This document shows, one piece after another, positions 21,041 to 30,883 of a stretch of 64,000 nucleotides of DNA. The number at the start of each line of letters is the position of its first letter. Position 1 is the first letter of the stretch. Below the pieces are notes generated by a model, which saw nothing but the letters and a program-made list of their open reading frames with translations, was not told the DNA's origin and ran no database searches. Location of the stretch: NCBI GenBank assembly GCA_964434195.1, contig CAYSUI010000001.1, forward strand, positions 8,931-72,930. The letters are read 5' to 3'. Source of the stretch: an uncultured Candidatus Saccharibacteria bacterium (GTDB lineage Bacteria > Patescibacteriota > Doudnabacteria > UBA920). The translations under genes were made by a program, and so were the position numbers.

Positions 21041-21853
21041 CTAGGAAACATACCCAACCGTTATAACCAAGGGTGGCGGAACCAAAAAAAGTGTTTGGTG
21101 CTCAACCTCACCGAGCCAACTTTCCCACTCGTAGGCAAGAGAACTGTTCCCTCTCTCACCCAGCAATACAGAGTGGATGATATCGGCCACCTCTTGTAGC
21201 TCTGCGCAATACTCTCCGGCTGGTCTTTTAATCCTGACATTGTCCACATGCTGAAACTGCAGTTGCCGGAACAGGTAAGGGTTTTCTCCCCCCTGGAAAG
21301 GGTTAGCACCCAACCAACCACATGAGAGAAAATATAATCTCTTGAACTCACCCACGAGTCTCATGTTTTTCTCTCCTGGAATTGGCCAGAGAGCCTCGGG
21401 GTCGGAGAGGTCCCAGTTTATGGCTAATGCGGCCTTACCTGCTTGCGAAAGCGCTCTATTTACAATCTTTCTGCGGTCGGCTGTGTTTTCATGCATGAGA
21501 GAACCGTTCATCATGACGAACTCAGCATCGCACTCGTAGGAAGCCGTGGTATCGAGCCACGAAACTCCTTTATGTTCGACGGACCGAAGCTTGTGGATCT
21601 GGGCATCCACCTCTCTATGGTCTGCACCTACCGCACTGTAATGAACCCCTTTGTCCTTGAGTTCATTTACCACTTCAAGACTGATACCGCTATGGCCCAA
21701 AACTTCCATAACCCCTACCGGAGTATCCGAAAACCCTGTTCTCCCTTTTAGTAGTAACAAGGTTTTGAGAGCAACTTGGTTTACGAGCTCTCTACCATAT
21801 AGGTCTGACTCAATAAAGCCAAGATAGTCTTCCTGACGTAAATATTTATTCAT
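21041..21853 (-). CDS. divergent class I SAM-methyltransferase-like protein
   Basis: VMEVLGHSG (degenerate motif I), VGAD, LMHE; overall methyltransferase-like order. Confidence 0.4.
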   Translation of the reverse strand: MNKYLRQEDYLGFIESDLYGRELVNQVALKTLLLLKGRTGFSDTPVGVMEVLGHSGISLEVVNELKDKGVHYSAVGADHREVDAQIHKLRSVEHKGVSWLDTTASYECDAEFVMMNGSLMHENTADRRKIVNRALSQAGKAALAINWDLSDPEALWPIPGEKNMRLVGEFKRLYFLSCGWLGANPFQGGENPYLFRQLQFQHVDNVRIKRPAGEYCAELQEVADIIHSVLLGERGNSSLAYEWESWLGEVEHQTLFLVPPPLVITVGYVS

Positions 21854-21984
21854 AACGTTCTCCTATGGTTTGTGAATTGGGAAATAAGGTCGTATTATAC
21901 CATTTTTAATAAGGATGGTCAAATATTATATTTTAAACTTATTTAAAAACCCTTCTTTTGAAGGGTTTGGTTATTGTTTTAGTT

Positions 21985-24900
21985 TTATGGGACTTGGGTT
22001 ACTCGGTTAATAATGTCTAAGGCGTGATCTGAGGACTTCTCCCAGTCGAAGTTCTTTGCCCAGCTTAGGGCATTTCTACCCATTACAGTTCTTTTGTCTT
22101 CGTTTTCTAAAACGTGACTTATTTTTTCTGCAAACTTGTGATGGTCGCCGTGGGGCACGAGAAAACCAGTTAGTGGGTTTTTTACGCTATCTCTTAAGCC
22201 CGCTACGTTACTTGCTACTACCGGTACACCGCAAGCATTGGCTTCTATAGTTGTTATACCCCAGCCTTCCATAAAACTTGGGTTTACAAAGACCCAGGCT
22301 TTTTGGTACCAGTCTAGTTTTTCTTCTTCGGTTATTTTTCCGGTGAATTCTATTTTTTCTAGCACACCTAAATCTTCCGCGAGTTTTTTTAATGGTAAAA
22401 ATTCTTCTCCCCCACCTGCAATTACCAGTTTTGCGTTATCTACTTTTTTTGCAACTATAGCAAAAGCTTTTACTAGCACGTCTACAGATTTATATGCTTT
22501 TAGTCTTCCTAAGTACAAAATAGTTGGGTCTTCGCTTTTGGTTCCTGGTTGGTAAATTCTCGTGTCTATACCCGGGTTTACTACTTCTATGCCTGCACCA
22601 GTAATACCAAACTTTTCCATTTCGCTTTTACTGGACTCGGAAACGGTTATAAATTTTACTTTGCTGTAGACCCTAGGCATTAACCAGTTTTCCAAGACAC
22701 TCGCAAACCAAGCGAGTGGTTTTGGTAAGTACCTATAGAAGACATCTTGGTGGACATGGTGAAGTATTGTAACTATGGGTGGTTTTGCATATAGAGGTGT
22801 AAAGAATGGAATACCGTTATGACAGTCTACTAACACGTCGAAATTTTTTCTAAACTTAAGCATGTAGTATATGAATGCCCAAAAGTAGACTGTATAAAAA
22901 CCACCGTGGCGTATAATCTGAATACCGTCTATGGTTTCTTGTTGGGTGTTTTTCCCGTCTTGTCCGCAGAATTCCGTAACACTATTCCCCTCTTTTACCC
23001 AACGCTTCATTAGTTCATGGATATATATTTCTGCACCACCGGCGAAAGCGTGTTTGGTGTCGCGCCAGTTAAAAACTAGAATACGTTTACCTAATGGCGC
23101 GGATTGGACAGGAATGTCTTTAAACAGATACTTTAGGTCTCTGAGATTGGAATATATAGAGTAAGATTCTTTTTTTACTATGTGAAGAATAGAGACAAGA
23201 ATTAGATAACTAGCACTTATATATAATTCCGCATTAATAAAATCCCAAATTGTACTATGGTCTAGGAAAAGCAAAATACAAAGTCCCAGTGTATTTGCCA
23301 AGGAAACAATAACAAACGAGTAATGTTTTCTTACTAAGTGGTAACTGTTAATAAAAGCCGCCAAAGAGAAAAGGATCGTAGCGAATATGTATGTATTTAT
23401 ATATTGCATTACTGGTAGCACCTTGGCTCCAAACAAAATTGGAAGAGTTAAACTTCCAAGAGGCCCTAAGGCAATACCAGATGCAAGCGAAAGCATTGCG
23501 GTTCCCGCAAGCAAAAGGTAAAATTTTCTGTCCGGATTTTTTCCTAAAGCTATTTCTTTACTTACGATTGGCACTATGAATGTTATAAGCAATGTTCCTA
23601 TGGTAAACACCATTCTGCCAATGAGAGAGACCATACTGTACTGCCCCGCAATGTCTGGTGATAGATAGTGTTTGGCAAGTAAGACATCCGCACTTAAAAA
23701 TGCAGCGGTAGAAATACCTGTTGCCGTAACGGCGAGATAAAAACGTTTTGGGAAATTTTTAGCAAAGGGTTCCACGGGTAGTTTTTCTGTTTTAGTTTTA
23801 CCCAGTAGATACAAACCAGAAATTAAGACCGTAGAAAGCCCAGCGGCGATTGAGAAAGGAATAGAAGCAGATACCCAGTTAGACTTACCAACAAATACAG
23901 CACCCATACCAAACATTAATTTAGCGGAGGACTCTACTAACACACTCACGGCCACAAGACCGAATTTTAACCAGCCTTGTAATAAACCTCTGTAGGCGAC
24001 TAGAACTAGGACCAAAAAGAATGTTGGAGAGAAACTATAAAATACTAAATCTGCAGGCATTCTGAAAAATCCAGCTACTACTGGAGCGAACGCCACCCAA
24101 ACTACTGTAGCCATTAGACCTACAAGTAAAAAATATTTTTGGGAATTTTTGAAAAAATGCGAAGCCCAAGAGGCTTCATATTTATTTGTTAGGAAAGTCA
24201 CTCGGTGGTTTATGGATGCGTTTAACCCCCATGCGAATACGCTAAACAAACCGAGCATTGTATTGAACGCATTTACAACTCCAAATTCTGCATAAGAAAC
24301 TTTTCTTCCCAAATATGCACTAAAAACAAAATTTAAAAAGTTTGCTACTAACATAGCTGCAATAAGAGCCCCACCACTTCCTAAAGTTTTGTACTTTTTC
24401 CAGCCGATATTTTCTTCGTCTATTGCTCCCCCACTTTCTGCTGCTAGGTGAAGACCGTGGACGGTTTTGGCCCAGTAATGGGGTTTGGTTATTACTTCCC
24501 AGACACCTTTCCAGGCGGCAATACTCATACCTAACCAGTACAAAGGAACTAGAAATGCATATTTAATAAGATCCCAATAACCGCGTTTTGCCAGACCAAT
24601 CATGTAGTAGTACAGGTACAAGAAATTTCCGAATATTAGACAGACTACGCCAGTATATAAAACAGGTGCTGGGAAAAAACTTTCTATGAATGCACCGTAC
24701 TGACTTCTGAAGGCAAAATATAAAATAGTTACTAACCACATGAAGGGGTTAATAAAGAGGCTTAGAATTTTTCCACCAATTATAAACTGAAGAGAAATAA
24801 TATGTGGCTTTTTTACCCCATGCCATAGTTGCCCTGGCCTTCTCATGTGAACTAAGTAGGTCATTATGTAGCCCTTTATCCAGCGACTTCTTTGGCGGTA

Positions 24901-26031
24901 CCAGTTAAGCGCGTTACTGTTGGCTTCCTCGTATGTAGTACTTTCTATAATTGCTGTGCGGTAACCTCGCTTGGCCATACGAAGACCTAGGTCTGCGTCT
25001 TCGGTTACGTTGAATGCGTCCCATCCGGACATTTTTTTTACGTCTTTGGTGCGAAAGTGATTACTGGTTCCACCAAGTGGAATTGGTGCGTTAAGTGTTT
25101 GCAGTCCGGTTAAAACTAGGTCGAACCAAAGACTGTACTCGGCGACAAAAAGACGAGTGAGTAAGTTTTGGTGAGGGTTGTAAAAATTTAGTTTTGCTTG
25201 TACACAGATAACTTCTTCTGGGAGTTTTTTTAGTGCGAGGTATGCTTTTTTTAATTGGTCGGGTTCTGGTTTGTCTTCGGCGTCGTAGATAACTAAAAAT
25301 TCTCCGCGGGCTTTTGTGAGCCCGTAGTTCATAGCTTTAGGTTTGGTTTTGGGTTTACTATCCGGCACAACTACAACTTCTACATAACTAGGAAGATTCA
25401 TTTCGTTTACCTTGTCTATAGTTTTGGTGTCGTCTTCTTCTAGCAATAGCATTACCTGAAGTTTTTCTTTGGGCCAGTCGAGGGCTTCCATAGCTTCTAG
25501 GAACTGAGGGACGACTTGCCATTCTTTATATAGAGGGCAGAAGATTGTGTAGGTAGGGAGGGAATGGATTCCCGACTTCTCGGGAATGACACCTATATTG
25601 TCTAGTTCTTCTTGAGTGGATAGGATTTCTGATGGTTTTAGGAAGCTGCGGAGTATTAGGAATCCGTTAAAGAGTAAGTCGGCAAAATACAAGAAAGTTA
25701 TGAGGGCGAAAAATACCACTAGGGTTATATGCCAGTTTATTAGGAAAGCAATTATTAACAGAAGACCAAACCCGAGTAGGATAATTTTTTGTTCGAATGA
25801 AAAAACAAAAAAAGCGGTCTCTTCGTAACCAAGATCTGAGTGGAAAATAAAATTCTGATTTTTATATTTTAATCCCCTACCTTTTCTGCCGAAATGAAAA
25901 GGAGTAACTGTAGTGGGTTCTTTTTTGAACGTGTAAACAAACTTCTTTGTCTTTGAAAATAAATTTTCTTTTTTCAGAGATGAAGAAACTTGTGGTTCGG
26001 TATTTAGGTTTTTGTTTTTCCAGATGTGCAT
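21985..26031 (-). CDS. fusion: processive GT2 + Wzx-like flippase + GT4
   Basis: TKPKA.N, YDAED, TEDAD, QRSRW; central flippase-like TM block; C-terminal GGAE...YLGRL...PSFMEGWG...EA. Confidence 0.88.
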   Translation of the reverse strand: MHIWKNKNLNTEPQVSSSLKKENLFSKTKKFVYTFKKEPTTVTPFHFGRKGRGLKYKNQNFIFHSDLGYEETAFFVFSFEQKIILLGFGLLLIIAFLINWHITLVVFFALITFLYFADLLFNGFLILRSFLKPSEILSTQEELDNIGVIPEKSGIHSLPTYTIFCPLYKEWQVVPQFLEAMEALDWPKEKLQVMLLLEEDDTKTIDKVNEMNLPSYVEVVVVPDSKPKTKPKAMNYGLTKARGEFLVIYDAEDKPEPDQLKKAYLALKKLPEEVICVQAKLNFYNPHQNLLTRLFVAEYSLWFDLVLTGLQTLNAPIPLGGTSNHFRTKDVKKMSGWDAFNVTEDADLGLRMAKRGYRTAIIESTTYEEANSNALNWYRQRSRWIKGYIMTYLVHMRRPGQLWHGVKKPHIISLQFIIGGKILSLFINPFMWLVTILYFAFRSQYGAFIESFFPAPVLYTGVVCLIFGNFLYLYYYMIGLAKRGYWDLIKYAFLVPLYWLGMSIAAWKGVWEVITKPHYWAKTVHGLHLAAESGGAIDEENIGWKKYKTLGSGGALIAAMLVANFLNFVFSAYLGRKVSYAEFGVVNAFNTMLGLFSVFAWGLNASINHRVTFLTNKYEASWASHFFKNSQKYFLLVGLMATVVWVAFAPVVAGFFRMPADLVFYSFSPTFFLVLVLVAYRGLLQGWLKFGLVAVSVLVESSAKLMFGMGAVFVGKSNWVSASIPFSIAAGLSTVLISGLYLLGKTKTEKLPVEPFAKNFPKRFYLAVTATGISTAAFLSADVLLAKHYLSPDIAGQYSMVSLIGRMVFTIGTLLITFIVPIVSKEIALGKNPDRKFYLLLAGTAMLSLASGIALGPLGSLTLPILFGAKVLPVMQYINTYIFATILFSLAAFINSYHLVRKHYSFVIVSLANTLGLCILLFLDHSTIWDFINAELYISASYLILVSILHIVKKESYSIYSNLRDLKYLFKDIPVQSAPLGKRILVFNWRDTKHAFAGGAEIYIHELMKRWVKEGNSVTEFCGQDGKNTQQETIDGIQIIRHGGFYTVYFWAFIYYMLKFRKNFDVLVDCHNGIPFFTPLYAKPPIVTILHHVHQDVFYRYLPKPLAWFASVLENWLMPRVYSKVKFITVSESSKSEMEKFGITGAGIEVVNPGIDTRIYQPGTKSEDPTILYLGRLKAYKSVDVLVKAFAIVAKKVDNAKLVIAGGGEEFLPLKKLAEDLGVLEKIEFTGKITEEEKLDWYQKAWVFVNPSFMEGWGITTIEANACGVPVVASNVAGLRDSVKNPLTGFLVPHGDHHKFAEKISHVLENEDKRTVMGRNALSWAKNFDWEKSSDHALDIINRVTQVP
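25566..25590. repeat. dRS3/REP-like palindrome inside a CDS (reads VIPEKSGI)
   Basis: GGATTCCC-GACTTCTC-GGGAATGAC, same consensus as the copy at 20929. Confidence 0.7.
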
Positions 26032-26052
26032 GTAGTTTTATACCGGGAAACT

Positions 26053-26084
26053 AACCTCCTCCGCCCGTTTGAGCGGAGGAGGTT
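26053..26084. terminator. GC-rich hairpin between the secreted-protein gene and the GT fusion gene
   Basis: AACCTCCTCCGC...GCGGAGGAGGTT. Confidence 0.6.
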
Positions 26085-26106
26085 GTATTTAGTTTTTACT
26101 ATTTGT

Positions 26107-27144
26107 TTAGTAAGGAGACTGGGAAAGTTGGCTTAGAAGACCAATGAGAACTGCATAGTCTGCAGTATTGTTGTTTGCTAGTGCAAATTGTACCTGCATC
26201 ATAAGGTCTTTAAACATGGAATTTTGGTCTAGGGTTACTCCGTTAGAAAGAGTTACACTAGTAGTTCCCCATGTCGACCAGCAACCAAGGTTACCCCAAA
26301 GGATGTCCTGTACTGGAGCGGAACCTGCACCGCCGTTTTTATAAAGAGACATTTGCATTGCAAGATACCAACCGAGAAGCTTTCGCTGGTCGGTAGCATT
26401 AAAAGCTGTAGCTTTTTGGAGAGCAATGTTTACATGATTTGAATGACCGTTAACGTTGCTTGGAATGTTGTTTGGAATATTTACAGTTCCACCTGGACGC
26501 TTGTTTGGCCACAGTTTAAAATATAGCGCGTCGTTGAATTCGAAGGTGTGACATTTCCAGCTTAGAGATGGATCGCAACCAGCGTGTAGAGACTTAACTG
26601 CATCTAGGTCGAAAGCATCTGCAGTTGGTTCGAATGTTGCTGGGTTTGTAACGTCTGTTATTCTTACGAATTTTGCACAGGTAATGTTTGGGGAGAAGTC
26701 ATAAGAACTATCTCTTACATCTTGAACTGGTGTGGACAAGAACCAAGTAGAGCCGTCTTCGCTAGCTTCTACCATAATAGCTTCATCTTGATAGCCTGGA
26801 TTTGTGGATTCGAAAACGGTTACATCGAAACCAGCATCGTTTTTAATTCCACCGTCGAAACCAAGAACAATGCTTCCTCCAAAACCAAGACTGAAGAAAG
26901 TACCGTTTACTAAACCTGCATCGTCTGGTGTACCTGTTGTTTCGGCAGCACCTAGTGCTTGAGTAGCATCGCTTCTAATTACATCGACAGGACTACCGTC
27001 TTTTCTTAATCCTTGAGAAGCAGAGACTACTGTGTCTGCCCACGGACCAACGCCGTCTGGGGCTGCGGCGAGAGCCAAAGGAGCTACAGATGCAGAAAGT
27101 GAGGCAGCTGTAAGAGCTCCGGCGAGAATTCGCTTTAGATTCAT
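26107..27144 (-). CDS. secreted/cell-surface protein
   Basis: signal peptide (ALA-A); ALG...FFSLGFGG.IVL.F...FDLDAV beta-rich domain. Confidence 0.75.
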   Translation of the reverse strand: MNLKRILAGALTAASLSASVAPLALAAAPDGVGPWADTVVSASQGLRKDGSPVDVIRSDATQALGAAETTGTPDDAGLVNGTFFSLGFGGSIVLGFDGGIKNDAGFDVTVFESTNPGYQDEAIMVEASEDGSTWFLSTPVQDVRDSSYDFSPNITCAKFVRITDVTNPATFEPTADAFDLDAVKSLHAGCDPSLSWKCHTFEFNDALYFKLWPNKRPGGTVNIPNNIPSNVNGHSNHVNIALQKATAFNATDQRKLLGWYLAMQMSLYKNGGAGSAPVQDILWGNLGCWSTWGTTSVTLSNGVTLDQNSMFKDLMMQVQFALANNNTADYAVLIGLLSQLSQSPY

Positions 27145-27426
27145 AAACTTTTGCCTTTTGAGTTTTCGTTTTTTTAACTTAACTCTTAATTAATATTTGT
27201 TTCAAAAAATATATAATAAATAGCGCTTATGAGAGCGTTACTATCGGTAACCAGTGGGATTATTAATAATACACCCGCTACAGCACATAGGCAACTATTG
27301 CTTTTGTTTTTGAGAAATTTTGAGACTCTACGGAAACTTTCAGCGAGAGTCGGAAAGTTTACAAAATTACTAATCTTAGCTAGACTATTTTTTATTTCAA
27401 ATACTCTTTTGACCTTTAGGAGGACT

Positions 27427-28044
27427 ATGAAAAATTTTACCCAAAAGGCATACCAGCGGTATGAAATTACGAGGGGTATGAATGTGAATTTATTGGAGAT
27501 TTTAAGGAATGTTAAACGCTCCATTTCAGACGAGCCCCTAGACGCACCTTCGCTTAATATCTCTCTCGAGGACGGCGTCGTTCTAAAACCTGATTATGAA
27601 ATTTCACTGCGATATTGTCCACTAAGCAAATCGGTGGTCCCACTGTTTCTTAGTTTCAGACAACTTTCTTCTGGAACCCACTTCGAGGATATTCCTTTGA
27701 ACTTTGTTTACGACGGAAGTGAAAACGGTTCCGTAAAACAACAAAGGATTTGGTTCTCGAAAAATGGAAACGAACTGGTCTTCTTGGGAGAGGGTTCAGA
27801 TATGGGAACACACTTGAATTTGAAGTTCATAGTTCCCGCTGCTTCTGCTCTGTTTGAACAAATGAAACCAGAAGAGGCAATTCCTCAAATGATAGCGGCA
27901 GTAACTAATTCCCTAACTCTCAGAAAATTCACACCAACACCTGGCACTCATTATCTTGAACTAATTCTAAAGTGCCATAATGATTACCAGTTGGTAGGCT
28001 TTCTCGAGTGGGAAAAAGCCCAGAATTATTTATTAGCAAAATAG
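27427..28044 (+). CDS. hypothetical protein
   Basis: AGGAGG-ACT-ATG at 27427 favours this start over 27229; terminator after the stop. Confidence 0.6.
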   Translation: MKNFTQKAYQRYEITRGMNVNLLEILRNVKRSISDEPLDAPSLNISLEDGVVLKPDYEISLRYCPLSKSVVPLFLSFRQLSSGTHFEDIPLNFVYDGSENGSVKQQRIWFSKNGNELVFLGEGSDMGTHLNLKFIVPAASALFEQMKPEEAIPQMIAAVTNSLTLRKFTPTPGTHYLELILKCHNDYQLVGFLEWEKAQNYLLAK

Positions 28045-28141
28045 ACAAAACTCTCCTTGAGAGTTTGTTTTTTTAAAACTATTTACAAGGTCTATATTTT
28101 TATGTATAGTTACTGAATATACAACTTTAGGAGGATATGAA

Positions 28142-28534
28142 ATGATTGGAAGCTCAGTTACTGCCAAAAAAATTTGTGACCTTACGGACACACATTTAAT
28201 TAGCATTAACGGGAGTCTGTTTTTTTATGGGCTTGCGTTGGAGTTAAAGAAACACGTGGACCAAATTACTGAGAATAATAATCCTAAGGTAATTCTGGAC
28301 CTAAGTGATTGCCCGATAGCCGACGCTGGCGGCTTAGGTGAAATTGTTAGGAGTTATACTAAAATCCTAAGGAATAACGGGAGCATCGTTATGGTGAATC
28401 CTGGAAAAAAAATGAGGGGGATGTTTAAACTCACCAAACTCGATATGATTTTTGAAATAACAGACGATATTGAATCCGCTGTAAACATGCTCAGCAATGG
28501 GCATAAAGCAGTCGGCAAAGCGGCTACACTCTAG
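28142..28534 (+). CDS. STAS-domain anti-sigma-factor antagonist
   Basis: VILDLS....DAGGLGEIV..Y.....NG....VNP......FKLTKLD.IF. Confidence 0.85.
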   Translation: MIGSSVTAKKICDLTDTHLISINGSLFFYGLALELKKHVDQITENNNPKVILDLSDCPIADAGGLGEIVRSYTKILRNNGSIVMVNPGKKMRGMFKLTKLDMIFEITDDIESAVNMLSNGHKAVGKAATL

Positions 28535-28683
28535 GTAACTAGGGTGTTTTTTTATTGACTTATATTTGACAATTAGACATGTTTATGGTAATGTATATAG
28601 TTTTCTCAGCTCTTGGAATATGTGCGGAAGACTTAGAGCTTTCCGCTGTTACTGACCGTTTCATAAAACTCATGGAGGACTAC

Positions 28684-29295
28684 ATGAGCGAATCAATCTT
28701 AAATCTGACCCCTGAAAGGGGTACGGCCTCAGTTTTTTGGGGAGTTATAAATGACGAGTTTTCGGGAACAAAAACCACGACCGGCGAGAGGGTTGAATTT
28801 CTGAAAATGCGTGAAGTCAGGAGACAACCTGGACTCTATGGTGCTTCTGAATTTCAAAGCACGGGAACGAATGCGGGGACTTCGGTTGAATTACTAAAAA
28901 TCCTAGGAGAAACGGTGAGTGGTTACGAAAAGACCTACGTCTGTGTGCAAGACACAGAAATAGGCTTAAGCCTGACTCTCATCCGTGTCTTCACTTCCGA
29001 GAAAGGCAGTATTGCGTTCTCGTATCGCGCATCAAACATCGAAAGTCCCAAATTTGTTTATGCTCAAAATGGGACCGAAGCGAGAATCGTTGACCGCATC
29101 GCGGCCAGTGTGAATTCTCGTGAGGAGAAATTTTGGATAGTGGGTTCTGTGCGGTGGTCACAAGTATTAGAACTCACTTCTGCGCTTTCCAATGCCGATT
29201 ACGACCTGGATTCGTTGGATGAAGATATCGATGATGCCAAATCGGCTGTTATAATAGCTATAGATAAAGCCAACGGTACCGTTGGCGATGAATAA
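28684..29295 (+). CDS. hypothetical protein, paralog of 29370..30041
   Basis: GGAGG RBS; shared blocks PGLY..EFQ, TYV, L.RVF, F.Y..SN.E.P, VG...WSQ. Confidence 0.7.
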   Translation: MSESILNLTPERGTASVFWGVINDEFSGTKTTTGERVEFLKMREVRRQPGLYGASEFQSTGTNAGTSVELLKILGETVSGYEKTYVCVQDTEIGLSLTLIRVFTSEKGSIAFSYRASNIESPKFVYAQNGTEARIVDRIAASVNSREEKFWIVGSVRWSQVLELTSALSNADYDLDSLDEDIDDAKSAVIIAIDKANGTVGDE

Positions 29296-29369
29296 ACACA
29301 CTTGATTAGTGTGCTTTTTTTTGTTAAGTTTCAGGTTCTCTGGTTACGAAAATTTGAGGAGGAATATTT

Positions 29370-30041
29370 ATGGAAGTTGATCAGTATGACACCGATGAAC
29401 TAAAACAGCAAAGTAAACCAATTATTATTTCCAGATTCGACGAACTCTCTGGATCTAAGCGTGCGGCGATATTGTTCACCAGCTTGTTTTTTGGGACAGC
29501 ACTGGATGGAGCTCACCGCAAAGCACTTAAAAGACTGGAGTCTCGCACACCCGGACTTTATGAAGTGGCGGAATTTCAAGATAGCCCGCTTGGTACCAGT
29601 AGTCTACTTTCGGAAATTTTTACCGCAACAGAAACACCCCTGGCCACTGACTCGGTAACTTACGTTTATACTTCTGGAAGCCTTAACGTAAGGAAAACAC
29701 GACTGGTTCGTGTTTTCGTGGGACTTAGTGCGGTGATTGGTTTTGAGTATAGCGTTAGCAATCTTGAAACCCCGAGAAGAATATTTGCTCTGGACGGCCC
29801 TGAACCCAGTGGTAAAAAATTTGCCTGGACCCTAGGATTTAACTACTTTGGTTTTGAATTTGTAGGAAATATTCTTTGGTCCCAAAAAGAAGTTTTAGTT
29901 TCGAGACTTAGGGAAACAGGGAAATACTTTTTTGGCGAGGAAGAAGTGGAATGCTTCGACCTACCCAACGAGGGCTCAGCTATAAGAGACATTTTACAAG
30001 AGGTCATAAGGAAGGCTGGTGGGAATCTGTATAAAGACTAG
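29370..30041 (+). CDS. hypothetical protein, paralog of 28684..29295
   Basis: GAGGAGG RBS; same shared blocks. Confidence 0.75.
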   Translation: MEVDQYDTDELKQQSKPIIISRFDELSGSKRAAILFTSLFFGTALDGAHRKALKRLESRTPGLYEVAEFQDSPLGTSSLLSEIFTATETPLATDSVTYVYTSGSLNVRKTRLVRVFVGLSAVIGFEYSVSNLETPRRIFALDGPEPSGKKFAWTLGFNYFGFEFVGNILWSQKEVLVSRLRETGKYFFGEEEVECFDLPNEGSAIRDILQEVIRKAGGNLYKD

Positions 30042-30133
30042 ACCGCATTAAGTATGCGGGTTTTTTATTGACAAAAACTCGCGGGGAATATAAAGTTAGT
30101 AATTCTCTGCTATTTTTTTTGGAGGTAAAAACT

Positions 30134-30772
30134 ATGGAGGAAACATTTAACGATTCAATTTCGCTGGGTGAGAAGATTTCTTACTTTCTCACTACTGAGT
30201 ACGGTGTTAATACTCTTATAGTATACTTAGCCATCTCTATCCCTTTCGTTTATTTTTTTGGAGAAAAATGGCATAACTGGGACAAACGAAACAGGGGTTA
30301 CTGGGGTTGCCAAAGGGCTCTAAAAGTCCGATCTATAACCATGCTAGTTTTAGCAGGGCTCGTGACATTCCTGGCTGGCGCTACACCCTATATTGAACGT
30401 TCTCTAATTCTCTTGGGCGTAGCGATTAATTTTGTTCTACTCGCTGTTTTCAACTTTCTCCTATCTCGGGAATTAAAAAGGAAGACCCCAGAAAGCGCAA
30501 AGAATGACTTAAGGTCTATTGCGGAAGAGCTTATGCATAATGTAATTTCCATGGGTGGCAGAGGTCGCAGCGTAAGCGCGATTTCTGAAGTTGAAGATTC
30601 TGCTCCACCTTTAATTGCCTATGAACTGCTTGAAGAAAGACGAAGACAGAGAGAGGCTCAAAAACAAAGGAATGAGGAACTTTACCTAAGTGGAGAAGCA
30701 GGTTTTCCTACACCCACCACACCTCAGGGTAGAGGTATTTTGGAAGATCTTAACCCGACCGATCAACAGTAG
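30134..30772 (+). CDS. membrane protein, hypothetical
   Basis: GGAGG RBS; three TM segments and a charged tail. Confidence 0.7.
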   Translation: MEETFNDSISLGEKISYFLTTEYGVNTLIVYLAISIPFVYFFGEKWHNWDKRNRGYWGCQRALKVRSITMLVLAGLVTFLAGATPYIERSLILLGVAINFVLLAVFNFLLSRELKRKTPESAKNDLRSIAEELMHNVISMGGRGRSVSAISEVEDSAPPLIAYELLEERRRQREAQKQRNEELYLSGEAGFPTPTTPQGRGILEDLNPTDQQ

Positions 30773-30834
30773 CTCGCATATGCGAGTTTTTATTTTTACC
30801 ATTACTCCTTGCGGTCGCGTAGGATTATAGTTGT

Positions 30835-30872
30835 AAAAAAAACACCAGCGATGTGTTTCGCTGGTGTTTTTT
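30835..30872. terminator. bidirectional intrinsic terminator downstream of groEL
   Basis: A-run CACCAGCGA loop TCGCTGGTG T-run. Confidence 0.85.
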
Positions 30873-30883
30873 TAAACTTATGT

